From Thermodesulfovibrionales bacterium (GTDB lineage: Bacteria; Nitrospirota; Thermodesulfovibrionia; Thermodesulfovibrionales; UBA6898), in the NCBI GenBank assembly GCA_044450345.1, contig JBIOIY010000002.1, positions 154,887 through 218,886 of the forward strand: DNA of 64,000 nt, in the 5' to 3' direction. The position numbers and the translations under genes were made by a program. The notes under the pieces are model-generated. The model was not told the DNA's origin. It did no database searches and saw only the letters and a list, made by a program, of their open reading frames with translations. Below, piece after piece: positions 29,145 to 39,136 of this stretch (position 1 is the first letter of the stretch; each line of letters opens with the position of its first letter).

Positions 29145-30284
29145 TTAGTGCTGCGCTTCGGTCTCAGGGAAGACCCGGAGATACTTCACGCAAACCTTGA
29201 ACCCGACTATAGAAAAAGATATGAACGCAAGGGTCACGACGAATTCCATCCAGGTAGGGAAGTAGCTGAACCCGGTTGCGCTCTGGTCCCTGTACACTCC
29301 GAAGATAGAGACGTTGAGCCTGTTTAAAAGCACGCCGGATATGACGAGTACGTCGACGAAAAAGATGCTCTTCACATTCTCTCTCACGTTTTTCATCGAA
29401 AGCAATATGATCGGGCCGACAACGCTTATGCCCATCTCCAAAAGATACATATTCGCCTCCATGCTTCCGTTGAAGGCGGCGGGTATGCCCGGCCCTTTGA
29501 AGAGAAGCCAGAGTTTCCACAGAAAATAGATCACGCCCGTAACCAGGACACCTCGCGCCAGGCCTGAAAGGATGCCGATATCAGCCTTATGCCCGAAAAA
29601 TTTTTCGCTCAATATGGTTTCAAAACTGACCATCGAAAGCCCCATCATGACGGCGGATACGAGGAAAAGTGTCGGCACCTGCGCGTTGTACCAGAACGGC
29701 GACAACTTCTTTGCTGCGATCAGATAAACCGCCCCCAAAGAAGACTGATGAAGTGTCGACAGGAGCACGCCAAAGAGTACGACCGGTACGATAATCTTGT
29801 GTATGAAACCTGCTGACTTCTCCATCCCGAATTTTTCGAAGAACATGGGACTGGACTCCGTAGCGAGCGTGGTGGTATAGAGGACCACGTGTATCGCAAC
29901 TATCCACATTACTGAATGTATCTGCCACATAAAAATAGGATGCCAGATGTTCCAGGGCAGGCCGATGTCCAGGGTTATGGCGGTGGCGGCAAGAAGATAT
30001 CCGAAAAAGGCGTTCAGGATCGACGCCCTTACAATCGGCTTATACTTTTTCATATTCAATATATATACCGTGCCTGCGATCAGGAACCCCCCGGCAGCCA
30101 TGGCGACTCCGCCCAACACGTCCATTCCTATCCAGAGCCCCCACGGGAACCTGTCATTCAGGTTGGTCACCGCACCGAGTCCCTTTATAAGACGCACAAC
30201 AAGAATCGCCCCTCCGGCCAGCATGAGGAGAAACATAACAACGGTCGTTGGGGTCCACATCTTTATTTCATGTTCTGATTTCAT
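29145..30284 (-). CDS. NrfD/HybB-family integral membrane quinone-reactive subunit
   Basis: GLGAVTNLND.FPWGLWI, DIGLPW, LSTLHQSSLG, YFPTWME. Confidence 0.92.
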   Translation of the reverse strand: MKSEHEIKMWTPTTVVMFLLMLAGGAILVVRLIKGLGAVTNLNDRFPWGLWIGMDVLGGVAMAAGGFLIAGTVYILNMKKYKPIVRASILNAFFGYLLAATAITLDIGLPWNIWHPIFMWQIHSVMWIVAIHVVLYTTTLATESSPMFFEKFGMEKSAGFIHKIIVPVVLFGVLLSTLHQSSLGAVYLIAAKKLSPFWYNAQVPTLFLVSAVMMGLSMVSFETILSEKFFGHKADIGILSGLARGVLVTGVIYFLWKLWLLFKGPGIPAAFNGSMEANMYLLEMGISVVGPIILLSMKNVRENVKSIFFVDVLVISGVLLNRLNVSIFGVYRDQSATGFSYFPTWMEFVVTLAFISFSIVGFKVCVKYLRVFPETEAQH

Positions 30285-30286
30285 GC

Positions 30287-31072
30287 CTATTCCTCCTTGT
30301 CCATGTTCTTATTGCGCCGGGTGACCGCCCAGCTGACCGCGCCGGCAGCCAGCACAAGGCCGATCACCGAAGGAATCTTGCTGATGTAAGACCAAGTCAG
30401 ATCGGGGAACACCTGTGCCGGTATGGCCATGTTGAATCCAAGCGTTTCAAAAGGTACGCCGGAAATATATATCCAGGAAGTGCCTCCGGCCTCATCCTTG
30501 CCGTAAATATGATCGATATACTTTCCGGGACTCTGCGCCATTCGCTTTTCCGCTTCGGCCCTCACTCCGTCATAGTCTCCATAGTACATCGTCTGGGTAG
30601 GACATACCTTGATGCAGGCCGGGACCAGTCCATTTGCAACCCTGTCGGAACAGAAGGTGCACTTTCTTACCCATGGGACCGCCTTTTCCCACTCGTATTT
30701 GGGAACATAGAACGGGCATGCGACCATACAGTAGCGGCACCCTATGCACCGCCCGAAGTTGTAGGTCACCGGTCCCGCTTCCGTCTTTTTCAGCGCCTCG
30801 ACCGGGCAGACCGAAGCGCACGCAGGGTTCTTGCAGTGCAAGCACTGGTTCTTTACAAAACTCCATGCCGGCTCGCCGTTTTGCTCCTGCTCGAAGTATC
30901 TGATATTCGTATAGCACTCTGAATTGAGTTCGGGCGGGTTCGTGAAATTGCCGTTCAGCACGGTCTTCTTGACCGAACGCTCATTCCATTGTTTGCAGGC
31001 GACCTGACACCCGCGACAACCGATACACCTTGTCAGATCCACGAGCACGCCTTTAGGTTTATCATTTGCCAT
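30287..31072 (-). CDS. fdnH: Formate dehydrogenase iron-sulfur subunit (FdnH/HybA-like)
   Basis: Four [4Fe-4S] motifs (CIGCRGCQVAC, CLHC..CASVCP, CIGCRYCMVACP, CTFC..CIKVCP); C-terminal hydrophobic helix. Confidence 0.88.
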   Translation of the reverse strand: MANDKPKGVLVDLTRCIGCRGCQVACKQWNERSVKKTVLNGNFTNPPELNSECYTNIRYFEQEQNGEPAWSFVKNQCLHCKNPACASVCPVEALKKTEAGPVTYNFGRCIGCRYCMVACPFYVPKYEWEKAVPWVRKCTFCSDRVANGLVPACIKVCPTQTMYYGDYDGVRAEAEKRMAQSPGKYIDHIYGKDEAGGTSWIYISGVPFETLGFNMAIPAQVFPDLTWSYISKIPSVIGLVLAAGAVSWAVTRRNKNMDKEE

Positions 31073-31081
31073 GTCCGCCTC

Positions 31082-34000
31082 CTATATCTTCTCGACATTG
31101 ACCATAAAGGCCTTTGTCTCGGGTATCATAGTGTTTGCATCGCCTATCGTCGGGGTCAGCAGGTTGGAGCTGTCCCCTCCGCTTCCGTCCGCCGGATGCT
31201 GCCAGCCAAAGCACCATGGAAGTCCCACCTGGTGCACTGTGCTGCCGGCGACTTTAAAAGGCTTAAACCTTTTCGTCACCACAGCTATCGCCCATACTTC
31301 GCCGCGCGCGGATGAGACCTTCACCTTCTGCCCGTTCTTTATCCCCTTTTCCTTTGCCAGTTCCTCGCTCATCTCCACGAACTGCTGGGGCATCATCTCT
31401 AAAAGCCAGGGCACATGCCTCGTCATTACGCCCGTCTGCCAGTGTTCGGTCACGCGATAGGTCGTACCCACGAACGGAAAACGGACATCGCAGGAGGCAA
31501 ATACGTCTTCGACTACGCCTTTTTTCCCCTGTTCGTAGAAGATCTTGACCGTAGGGTTGATCCTCTGCTTTGACATGGGATTTTCCTGGAGAGGGCATTC
31601 GAGCGCCTCATAATGTTCAGGAAATGGGCCCTCTGCAAGGCCCGGACCGAAGATACCCCCCACCCCTGTGGACATCATGATAAACGGATATTTCCCTTTT
31701 TCATCAGCCATCGGGGGCGCAGGGCCGTCAGGGACGTCTCCATCCCATCCCGGAGCAGGCTCTTTTGTCTTCGGGTCAACCTTATTGGGATTCCATTTGA
31801 TAACAGCTCTCTTGGGATCCCACGGATTGCCTTTCAGATCTACCGAAGCGCGGTTGTAAAGTATCCTTCTGTTCACCGGCCAGCACCATGCCCATTCCGG
31901 ATAAAGACCGAGTCCCGTAGGATCGGTCTTTTTCCTCCTGGCCATCATGTTTATTACCTTGCCCTCCTTCTGCGTATAGCTCTGGGAGAATATCCAGTTG
32001 CCGCATGACGTGGTACCGTCATCCTGAAGGTGGACGAAGCTGGCGCAGAGCTCGCCCTTCTTGCCGAGCTGCTTAGGAGGAGTGGCTTTTTTATCAAAGA
32101 CGTCCTCAAGGTAGTAACCATTGATCTCCTTGGCGACGTTATGGATGTTCACCTCCTTGACCTTTCCGTCGGGCCCCTGTTCTCCATAGTCCCAGGTGGT
32201 GTTCATGATAGGTTCGACAAACTTCCCGCCTTTTTCCTTATACAGTTTTTTCACCCTGAAATAGAGCTCGTTCATAATCTCGGAATCGGGCTTTGATTCA
32301 CCGATAGGTTTTATCGCAACATATCTCCACTGTGCAAGCCTGCTGCTGTTGGTGAGACTGCCCTCTTTCTCTACCGAGGAGCATGCCGGAAGCATAAACA
32401 CTTCCGTCTGGATCTCCGTTGGTTTCATGCCCGGGCCTTTCCAGAAGGAGCCCGTCTCGTTATCAAAAAGGTTTACATTGACCATCCATTTGAGTTTTGA
32501 CAGTGCCTTCCTCACCTTCCCGGCATTCGCGCTCGAGCAGGCCGGGTTTTGGCCCCAGGCAAAGAAGCCCTCAAATTTTTCCTTGAACATCTGGTCGAAA
32601 AGCATGAGCCATGAGGCGTTCATGCCTTCATCGAGTTTGGGAAGCCATGAGTATCCGAAGTCGTTTTCAGGTGTAGCATTTTTCCCGTATATTGCCTTCA
32701 GATAACTCGTAATATACTTCGAACGGTTGCCCCACCAGTTGACGCTCTTTGGGTCCTTTGTTTTCGGCGTAAATTTCTCTATATAGGCCTTGAGGTCCGT
32801 AATCGAGGCAGACGGCACCGCGAGATAACCCGGCAGGCTGTTGAACAGGAGCCCGTTGTCCGTGGACCCCTGCACATTGCTTTCACCCCTTAGCGCGTTG
32901 ATGCCTCCGCCTGCGATACCCATGTTCCCCAGAAGTAACTGTATTATCGACATGGCCCTGATGTTTTGTGTACCTATAGTATGCTGTGTCCAGCCCATCG
33001 CATAAAGCTCCGTGCCCGATCTATCGGGCTTTCCCGTTGAACCGAAGGTCTTATATACCTCGATAAGTTTTTCTACCGGTGTCCCTGTTATGGATGAAAC
33101 CTTTTCGGGGGTGTAGCGGGCGTATTGTTTCCTGAGTAGCTGAAATACGCAGTTGGGGCTCTTAAGAGTCATGTCTTTCTTCGGTATTTCCTTTTCGTCC
33201 ATCTGGTACGACCATGTCTTTTTGTCGTACTTCCTAGTCTTCGGGTCATACCCTGAAAAGAGGCCGTCAAGCTGCGACGGACCCTTGAACTCCGGATTGA
33301 TAAGATAGGACGCATTTGTATAATTCGCAACATATTCCTTGAAATAGAGGCCCTCATCGATAATGTACTTGATCATTCCGCCTAGGAATGCGATGTCGGT
33401 ACCTGAGCGCATCGGGGCATATATATCGGCCTTTGTGGCCGTGTGCGTAAAGCGGGGATCGACGACGATGAGCTTTGCACCTTTGTCCTTTGCCCTCATG
33501 ACCCACTTCATCGATATCGGATGGTTTTCAGCGGGGTTCGCCCCCATCACCAGGATAACATCGGCGTTCTTGATATCAATCCAGTTGTTTGTCATCGCAC
33601 CGCGACCGAACGACTCTGCCAGAGCCGCAACAGTTGCGGAGTGTCATATTCGGGCCTGGTGTTCGATATAGACAAGTCCCCAGGAACGCATGAGTTTCTG
33701 AAGCATATAGCATTCTTCGTTATCAAGTGCAGCACTCCCAACATGGGCGATAGCGTCCGTCCTGTTCACGGCGAATTCCTTTTCGACGTCGACTTCATTG
33801 CCGTCGGGCTGCTTCTCCTTGACCTTCGACTTCGACATGGTTTTGAATGTCTTGTCACGTGTTTCTTTTACCCTCTTTGAGATCTCGTCAAGCGCCCAAT
33901 CCCATTCCACATCTTTCCATTCGGCTGCGCCGGGGGCGCGATATTTCGGTTTGGTTAACCGGAGAGGGTTGTTTATAATCTGATATAAAGATGCGCCTTT

Positions 34001-34255
34001 GGGACATAGGGTCCCCTCGTTGGTCGGATGCTCGGGATCTCCCTCGGTGTTGATGACCTTCCCGTCTTTTGTGTAGACCGATATCCCGCAGCCTACCGAG
34101 CAGTAAGGGCATATGGTCTTCGTCTCCGTTGCTCCCTTGATCTTCAGTTCCATTTCTGCAGCAGCTGCCTCTTGAGGAGCGAGGCCGGAAGCAAGTGTAC
34201 TGGCAACAGCTGTGCCGCCTGAAAGCTTTAAAAAATCCCTTCTTGATAAACTCAT
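31082..34255 (-). CDS. fdnG: Tat-exported formate dehydrogenase alpha subunit, selenocysteine-containing
   Basis: SRRDFLK Tat motif; CPYCSVGC; HQARI-TGA(33644-33646)-HSAT joins two in-frame ORFs; ALRGESNVQG. Confidence 0.97.
33616..33633 (-). promoter_or_regulatory. SECIS hairpin of fdnG
   Basis: CTGTTG-CGGCTC-TGGCAG stem-loop about 11 nt after the UGA. Confidence 0.65.
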
Positions 34256-34630
34256 AACTCCACCTCCGGAAGATTATAATGATTAATTAATAAGGTGATT
34301 ATTTGACGTATTCTTGAAACAAAGACTAAAAGACACTGGTTTTTAAATGATTCAGTCACCAGACCAGCCGGCAGAAAACTATTAGTTATTATTATCAATT
34401 CATTAGCTTTCTCATGACATATTCTCTCAATTTATATAACTTGTCAATACAAAAATCACAGGAGCGGGAAGGTCTGTTTAAGTGCGACAAGAAGATCCCT
34501 TGCTTAACTCAAAAGGACATAAGCGGGAAAAAAGGAAGCACCCAAATACTTAAGTCAACACTTAATATAATCTCATCAACATCTTGTTATTTCGTCTTTT
34601 TTTTATTATTACTTTTCCCATGTCCCTTAG

Positions 34631-34797
34631 GGTAGTGGGTCAGTTTACAAAAATAAAGTTATAGGATTGTCATTCCCCGACTTGATCTGGGAATCCAGTA
34701 TTCTTCTCTGGATACTCTCTCCTCGGCGAGTCGCTTGGGGCGACCGGTCAAGCCGAAGCATGACGGCATTTAGAAATATCGCAATTGACACACTACC
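34631..34797. mobile_element. Composite MITE with internal GTCAT-type REP
   Basis: Terminal repeats GGTAGTGGGTCAGTT / AATTGACACACTACC (13/15 match) around TGTCATTCCCCGACTTGATCTGGGAATCCA...GCATGACG. Confidence 0.72.
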
Positions 34798-34972
34798 AGG
34801 GATTTGAGGGATTCCGAGGCATCTGGTTAGATCCTGGCTTTCGGGAAGGAGAAATCCAGGGAGTGACGATGAAAAAAAAAGTTCCACCGTTCTTTTTCTT
34901 GGGTGAACTTTTTTTTCGAGACCGTCCGGAGAGCAGAAATATTTTTTTACTTTCTGATAGAATATCGAGGGC

Positions 34973-35048
34973 GCCGAGATAGCTCAGTTGGTAGAGCAGC
35001 TGATTCGTAATCAGCAGGTCGACGGTTCGAATCCGTTTCTCGGCTCCA
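34973..35048 (+). tRNA. tRNA-Thr (CGT)
   Basis: GCCGAGA..AGCTCAGTTGGTAGAGC..GCTGA-TTCGTAA-TCAGC..GGTTCGAATCC..CCA, 76 nt. Confidence 0.97.
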
Positions 35049-35061
35049 ACTTATCGAATAT

Positions 35062-35099
35062 AAACAGGGAGTTAAGAGTTGATCTTAACTCCCTGTTTT
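35062..35099 (+). terminator. Terminator after tRNA-Thr
   Basis: Perfect 16-bp inverted repeat AAACAGGGAGTTAAGA / TCTTAACTCCCTGTTT. Confidence 0.8.
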
Positions 35100-35112
35100 G
35101 CGTTAAGGCTGG

Positions 35113-35140
35113 AAAAAGTGTCTACAAAAAAGTGTCTACA
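35113..35140. repeat. Perfect 14-bp tandem repeat, possible integrase arm-type sites
   Basis: (AAAAAGTGTCTACA)x2 about 65 bp downstream of the tRNA. Confidence 0.65.
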
Positions 35141-35850
35141 TTTTGTCATGGAGCCGCTGATCAAATATCAGTAGGTCGTCGGTCTAGGACAAATGTAATG
35201 GATTTTCCTATCATTTTCGTTATTTAAAGTTCAGACTCACGATGAAGACGCTGATTTAAGGTCAGTAGCCCGTAGATTCGAATTCATTTTTAGACAAAAA
35301 ATATTTAGGTGTATCGAGCTTAATAGTCTTGCAGCATTCGACTTCTGGCTCGTCGAGTCCACCAACACGCAAAAACAGTCTACCAAAGGAGATCACTCCT
35401 TCCCAATAGAAATAGGCTTTCTTCGGAAAGGGAATAGCGAAGTAGTACATCCAATACTTGTGACATGCTGGCTCCGCTACACTTGACACGCGATTTCTCT
35501 CTGTTAGACTTAAATCATATACATTTCCCAACCTTCTTTCGCAAGGATATACAACGCGCCTATGTCGGTCCCTGTGAGAAGGGGATTTCGGGAATATTGT
35601 TCGGAAAAAATGCACATAATGAAGGAGGTGGTGGTACCGAAAGGTGACAAAGATACACCCAAACTAAGAAAATATGTCAATACGTTGGAGCTGCCGAAGA
35701 ATTCATGTTTGGGAAGCTCGGCTTCATCTTTTTCAATGGCAGAAGGTACGCGTGAAGCTGATCTTCGAAGATCCAGAACCATAGTATTTAATGAAGGAAT
35801 TACCTCGGCGGCACAAAAAAGAAGAATGTTATGGAAGAAGGGGGTAGACC

Positions 35851-37719
35851 ATGTTTTTAAGAAACGTTAAGATAATTTTTGGGGTGTTTTTAGTATTGTT
35901 AGTAGTGCATTCAGTGGCATATGCTGGTCCTGGTACTCAGATTACTCTTGGTGGAGACATAAGATATCGGGGTTATGATGCAAGCTCTAACCATTCGGAC
36001 CTACCTGCCCCATCGATAAATATCCCTTTTGACTTCTACGACGCGAGAATCCGTCTCTCCCTTAATGCGAACGTAACGCCTGACACGTCAGGCTCTGTCA
36101 AGGTCAAGATAGATAATAAACTTATGCCTTCTACAGCTACTCTTGATGGGAACAACGGGATGGTCCTTGATTTCATTAATCTCCTTCCTGCAGACTCTCA
36201 TGTCATTAAAATCGACGGTATTAACTTCGACCCATCATCGCTGCCCTCAAATTCCCCGGTAACAGGCGGCCTTGCCATTTCAGGTACCAACATCCCCTCA
36301 ACAACCTTTGATTTATGGTACGGGATTACCGGGTCGTTAGGCTGTAAGGGTTCGGCGGTTCTTTCACGGGATTTAATGCAAGCTATAATCCCGCACACGT
36401 ACTATAACGGCAAATCGTACGATCTGCGGTTATCCATCGATTCAAATCACAACTTTCAAGTCATTTCTCATCTGAATTCATATGCCAAAGCTGGCCTGAC
36501 TACCTCCAATTTTGCCTACCACGCCGCCGATGGCGACTATTTTACCGCTGCGAACGCGTCATACTTAGGCAAATCCTATTATTTCGAGGCTAAGTATAAC
36601 CCACTGAAGGTTGGATTCGGTTTCGATACATACAAGTTTGGTTCAGGAAACCCTGCCTCCGTCTCAAATGCCTCCAATTTTGCAGGCGCAACATCTGTAG
36701 CAGGACATATTCTTGATCAAGCGAAAAACTACCATCTCGCGATGTTAGATCTTTCGCTACGTTATACCTCCGATCAGACTTTTTCCTGCGGACAAGGGGG
36801 CATCTGGAAAATCGCTTATAATAGCCCATACAGCATACAATTTACGTTTGATGGCTGCAACGGACTATTTCAGAACACGACGGTTTACGGACAGTTCTGG
36901 CTTGGAACATCCGGGGCCTGGTATACCGACCATTTCCGCGCTCGGAGTAGTTACTCAACAGGCTCTTACGACATCACCTACAATAACTTGTGGACTGTTG
37001 GGACACAATCGGACAACTTCTATACGGGAACTATGAGCGGCATGACAACGGGAGTCATTGTGAATGGACCTAATAGTTTATCGGCAAATTTCAAATTCGC
37101 TAATGTCAATTTCAACACTGTGTTTGATCCAACCGCAATGACTAATACGCTCAACGTGCAATCGGGGCACATATTTAGCGATTGCCCCAACGTGAACGCC
37201 TGGTTCATGCCTGTCATCTATAATCGGCTGTCCGACAGTCAGGGGATTCCAAAATCGGGGACATTCTATATAAATAGCATGAACGGGGGTGATATCATTG
37301 GCACGATAATTTCTCCTGATGGGCTCAAAGTCACTTCTGGCGTTACTGTCGTTGGGACCCATCCTACTGAGGCTGATCTTGAGACAGCCTGTTCCATTCC
37401 TCTAACGCCGACTAGTGGTTTCCAAGCTGGCACATACACCCTCGACTGTCCCGGAGGCTGCGGCGAGTCCAACCCAAGCACCGCGATTGTCACAGTAAAC
37501 AGTTCAACAAACTACACTAATATTATGTGGAGCAATTTCGGCGGTGCTACCGCGAATTTCACAGCCACGGGAAATATGGCGACATTGACCGGCACCCCGC
37601 CGCCGCTCTTTGGCACTCCGGCGACCTCACTTACTATAACCTTGAGTGGGACGCAATGGATAATAAACGGTACAGATCCTACCGGCTCGTGCACGTCACC
37701 ATGTAATTTTTGGAAATAG
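35851..37719 (+). CDS. Large secreted Ser/Thr/Gly/Asn-rich hypothetical protein
   Basis: 622-aa ORF, signal peptide ending AYA, beta-strand-like composition. Confidence 0.8.
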   Translation: MFLRNVKIIFGVFLVLLVVHSVAYAGPGTQITLGGDIRYRGYDASSNHSDLPAPSINIPFDFYDARIRLSLNANVTPDTSGSVKVKIDNKLMPSTATLDGNNGMVLDFINLLPADSHVIKIDGINFDPSSLPSNSPVTGGLAISGTNIPSTTFDLWYGITGSLGCKGSAVLSRDLMQAIIPHTYYNGKSYDLRLSIDSNHNFQVISHLNSYAKAGLTTSNFAYHAADGDYFTAANASYLGKSYYFEAKYNPLKVGFGFDTYKFGSGNPASVSNASNFAGATSVAGHILDQAKNYHLAMLDLSLRYTSDQTFSCGQGGIWKIAYNSPYSIQFTFDGCNGLFQNTTVYGQFWLGTSGAWYTDHFRARSSYSTGSYDITYNNLWTVGTQSDNFYTGTMSGMTTGVIVNGPNSLSANFKFANVNFNTVFDPTAMTNTLNVQSGHIFSDCPNVNAWFMPVIYNRLSDSQGIPKSGTFYINSMNGGDIIGTIISPDGLKVTSGVTVVGTHPTEADLETACSIPLTPTSGFQAGTYTLDCPGGCGESNPSTAIVTVNSSTNYTNIMWSNFGGATANFTATGNMATLTGTPPPLFGTPATSLTITLSGTQWIINGTDPTGSCTSPCNFWK

Positions 37720-38078
37720 CGGATGATAGGTGAAAGGTATCACGACTGATAAGACTTGATCATATCTTGAGCAATAAGGCTGCCGGACTCAAAAAACAAT
37801 GTGCAGTCTTATTGCTCAAGCAAATCTTTTGCAGACTGATGAGCTGAATGATTATTCTGAGAAGCAGTTCTGTTCATTAGGTTTTTGTGAGGCTGGTTGC
37901 GAGGCCAGCCTCAACTTTCTTAAGAGAGCTAAGACGTTAAGACTGTCTGCACAAATGCAGAAAACCCTACTTTGCAACTGTCTACGTAATGGGGAAGCTT
38001 ACGGTTCCTCTGCCGACTCCTTCAGACATTGTCAGTCAGGTTAAGTAGTAGCAACTACAAATAATCTAAAACAGTGCC

Positions 38079-38113
38079 AACACAAAGGCCCCGGCCTTCC
38101 GGAGCCTTTGTGT
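38079..38113. terminator. Hairpin terminator between convergent island genes
   Basis: ACACAAAGGCcCCGG-cctt-CCGGaGCCTTTGTGT. Confidence 0.65.
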
Positions 38114-38186
38114 CATAACATCTTTTGAGGAAAGGAAAATACTACTTCACGCCATGGCCTAATCGCCGTGGCATGAAGTTCATCCT

Positions 38187-38918
38187 TTAGCTCTTTGTTG
38201 CACTCCATGTTCCTGATGCCCCGGTAGTGCTTGTCCATGTACCGGACATGGCAGTCGCCAGAGAATTTGCTGAAGAGGTTACCGTCCCGACAAAAAGATA
38301 TGTTGCCCCATCGCTTCCGTTAACAACGAAGGCAACATTATTAATGCCAGATCCTCCAGAGGCGATCGACCCCAAAGGGGACTGCTGCCCTTGCTGGGTT
38401 GTTAAGGTAATACTGTTGTTGGACTGCGTGAATGTTACATCAATTGTCCCCAGCGTTCCTCCAGTTGCTAAGGCCCAGGAACTCGTCGGAATAGCTACCG
38501 TCGCAACCCCAAAATTTATTATTCCGGCCCATGTCCCTTGGATGTTGGGGGAAATGGACAATGAGCCCTGCATAGTCGTCCCATTGGCGCCGACCGTCCC
38601 ATTATAAGTATATGTCACCCCTGTGGTGTCCGTTCCGGAGAAATTGACACCCGTATCGTTGGTTGTGCCTGTAAATAACATGCCTTGTGAGGTTGTCCCG
38701 TTGAGGGTAGTGTCCGAAGTCGTGAAGGTAAAAGGAGACTCTTGTCCCCCGGGTGTGCCGTTAATGACTTCTATATTATATATATACCACGCAGCGGCAA
38801 TATTGAACGCCGGGGAATTACCATTTTTTTTTCCACAGCCGCCGAGAAACAGCAGTAATACTCCCACGATAAAAAGCGTACAAACTTTCAACCACTTAGG
38901 ACTACCAAGTTTTTCCAT
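38187..38918 (-). CDS. Thr/Gly-rich lipoprotein with two internal beta-rich repeats
   Basis: AGGAGG RBS; lipobox LGGC; repeated TF..T.QG..Y...GTV...M.G....GTW pattern. Confidence 0.82.
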   Translation of the reverse strand: MEKLGSPKWLKVCTLFIVGVLLLFLGGCGKKNGNSPAFNIAAAWYIYNIEVINGTPGGQESPFTFTTSDTTLNGTTSQGMLFTGTTNDTGVNFSGTDTTGVTYTYNGTVGANGTTMQGSLSISPNIQGTWAGIINFGVATVAIPTSSWALATGGTLGTIDVTFTQSNNSITLTTQQGQQSPLGSIASGGSGINNVAFVVNGSDGATYLFVGTVTSSANSLATAMSGTWTSTTGASGTWSATKS

Positions 38919-39136
38919 AACCGCCTCCTGATTGTAAAATGTTTCTCTTTTAAAAAACCCGAATATACTCTAAAAGAGTAAATCCTGTAATTTTCTCTCA
39001 AGCCTTACATCGATGCACACCCGAAGCCCGGGGAATTGCTAGACCGCCGGGAATTCTATTCAATGAAATTATACAACAAAGACGCACAAAACGACCAGCC
39101 GGTTACAACCTAAATATATCTGACGCTCGGGACAAA

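Noticed and set aside
33644..33646. Apparent split or pseudogene of the FDH alpha subunit
   Set aside because: The TGA is at the catalytic Sec position with a downstream hairpin; this is recoding
35503..35509. GTTAGAC/GTCTAAC core-like heptamer in the tRNA island
   Set aside because: No L boxes or complementary hairpin, so not an attC
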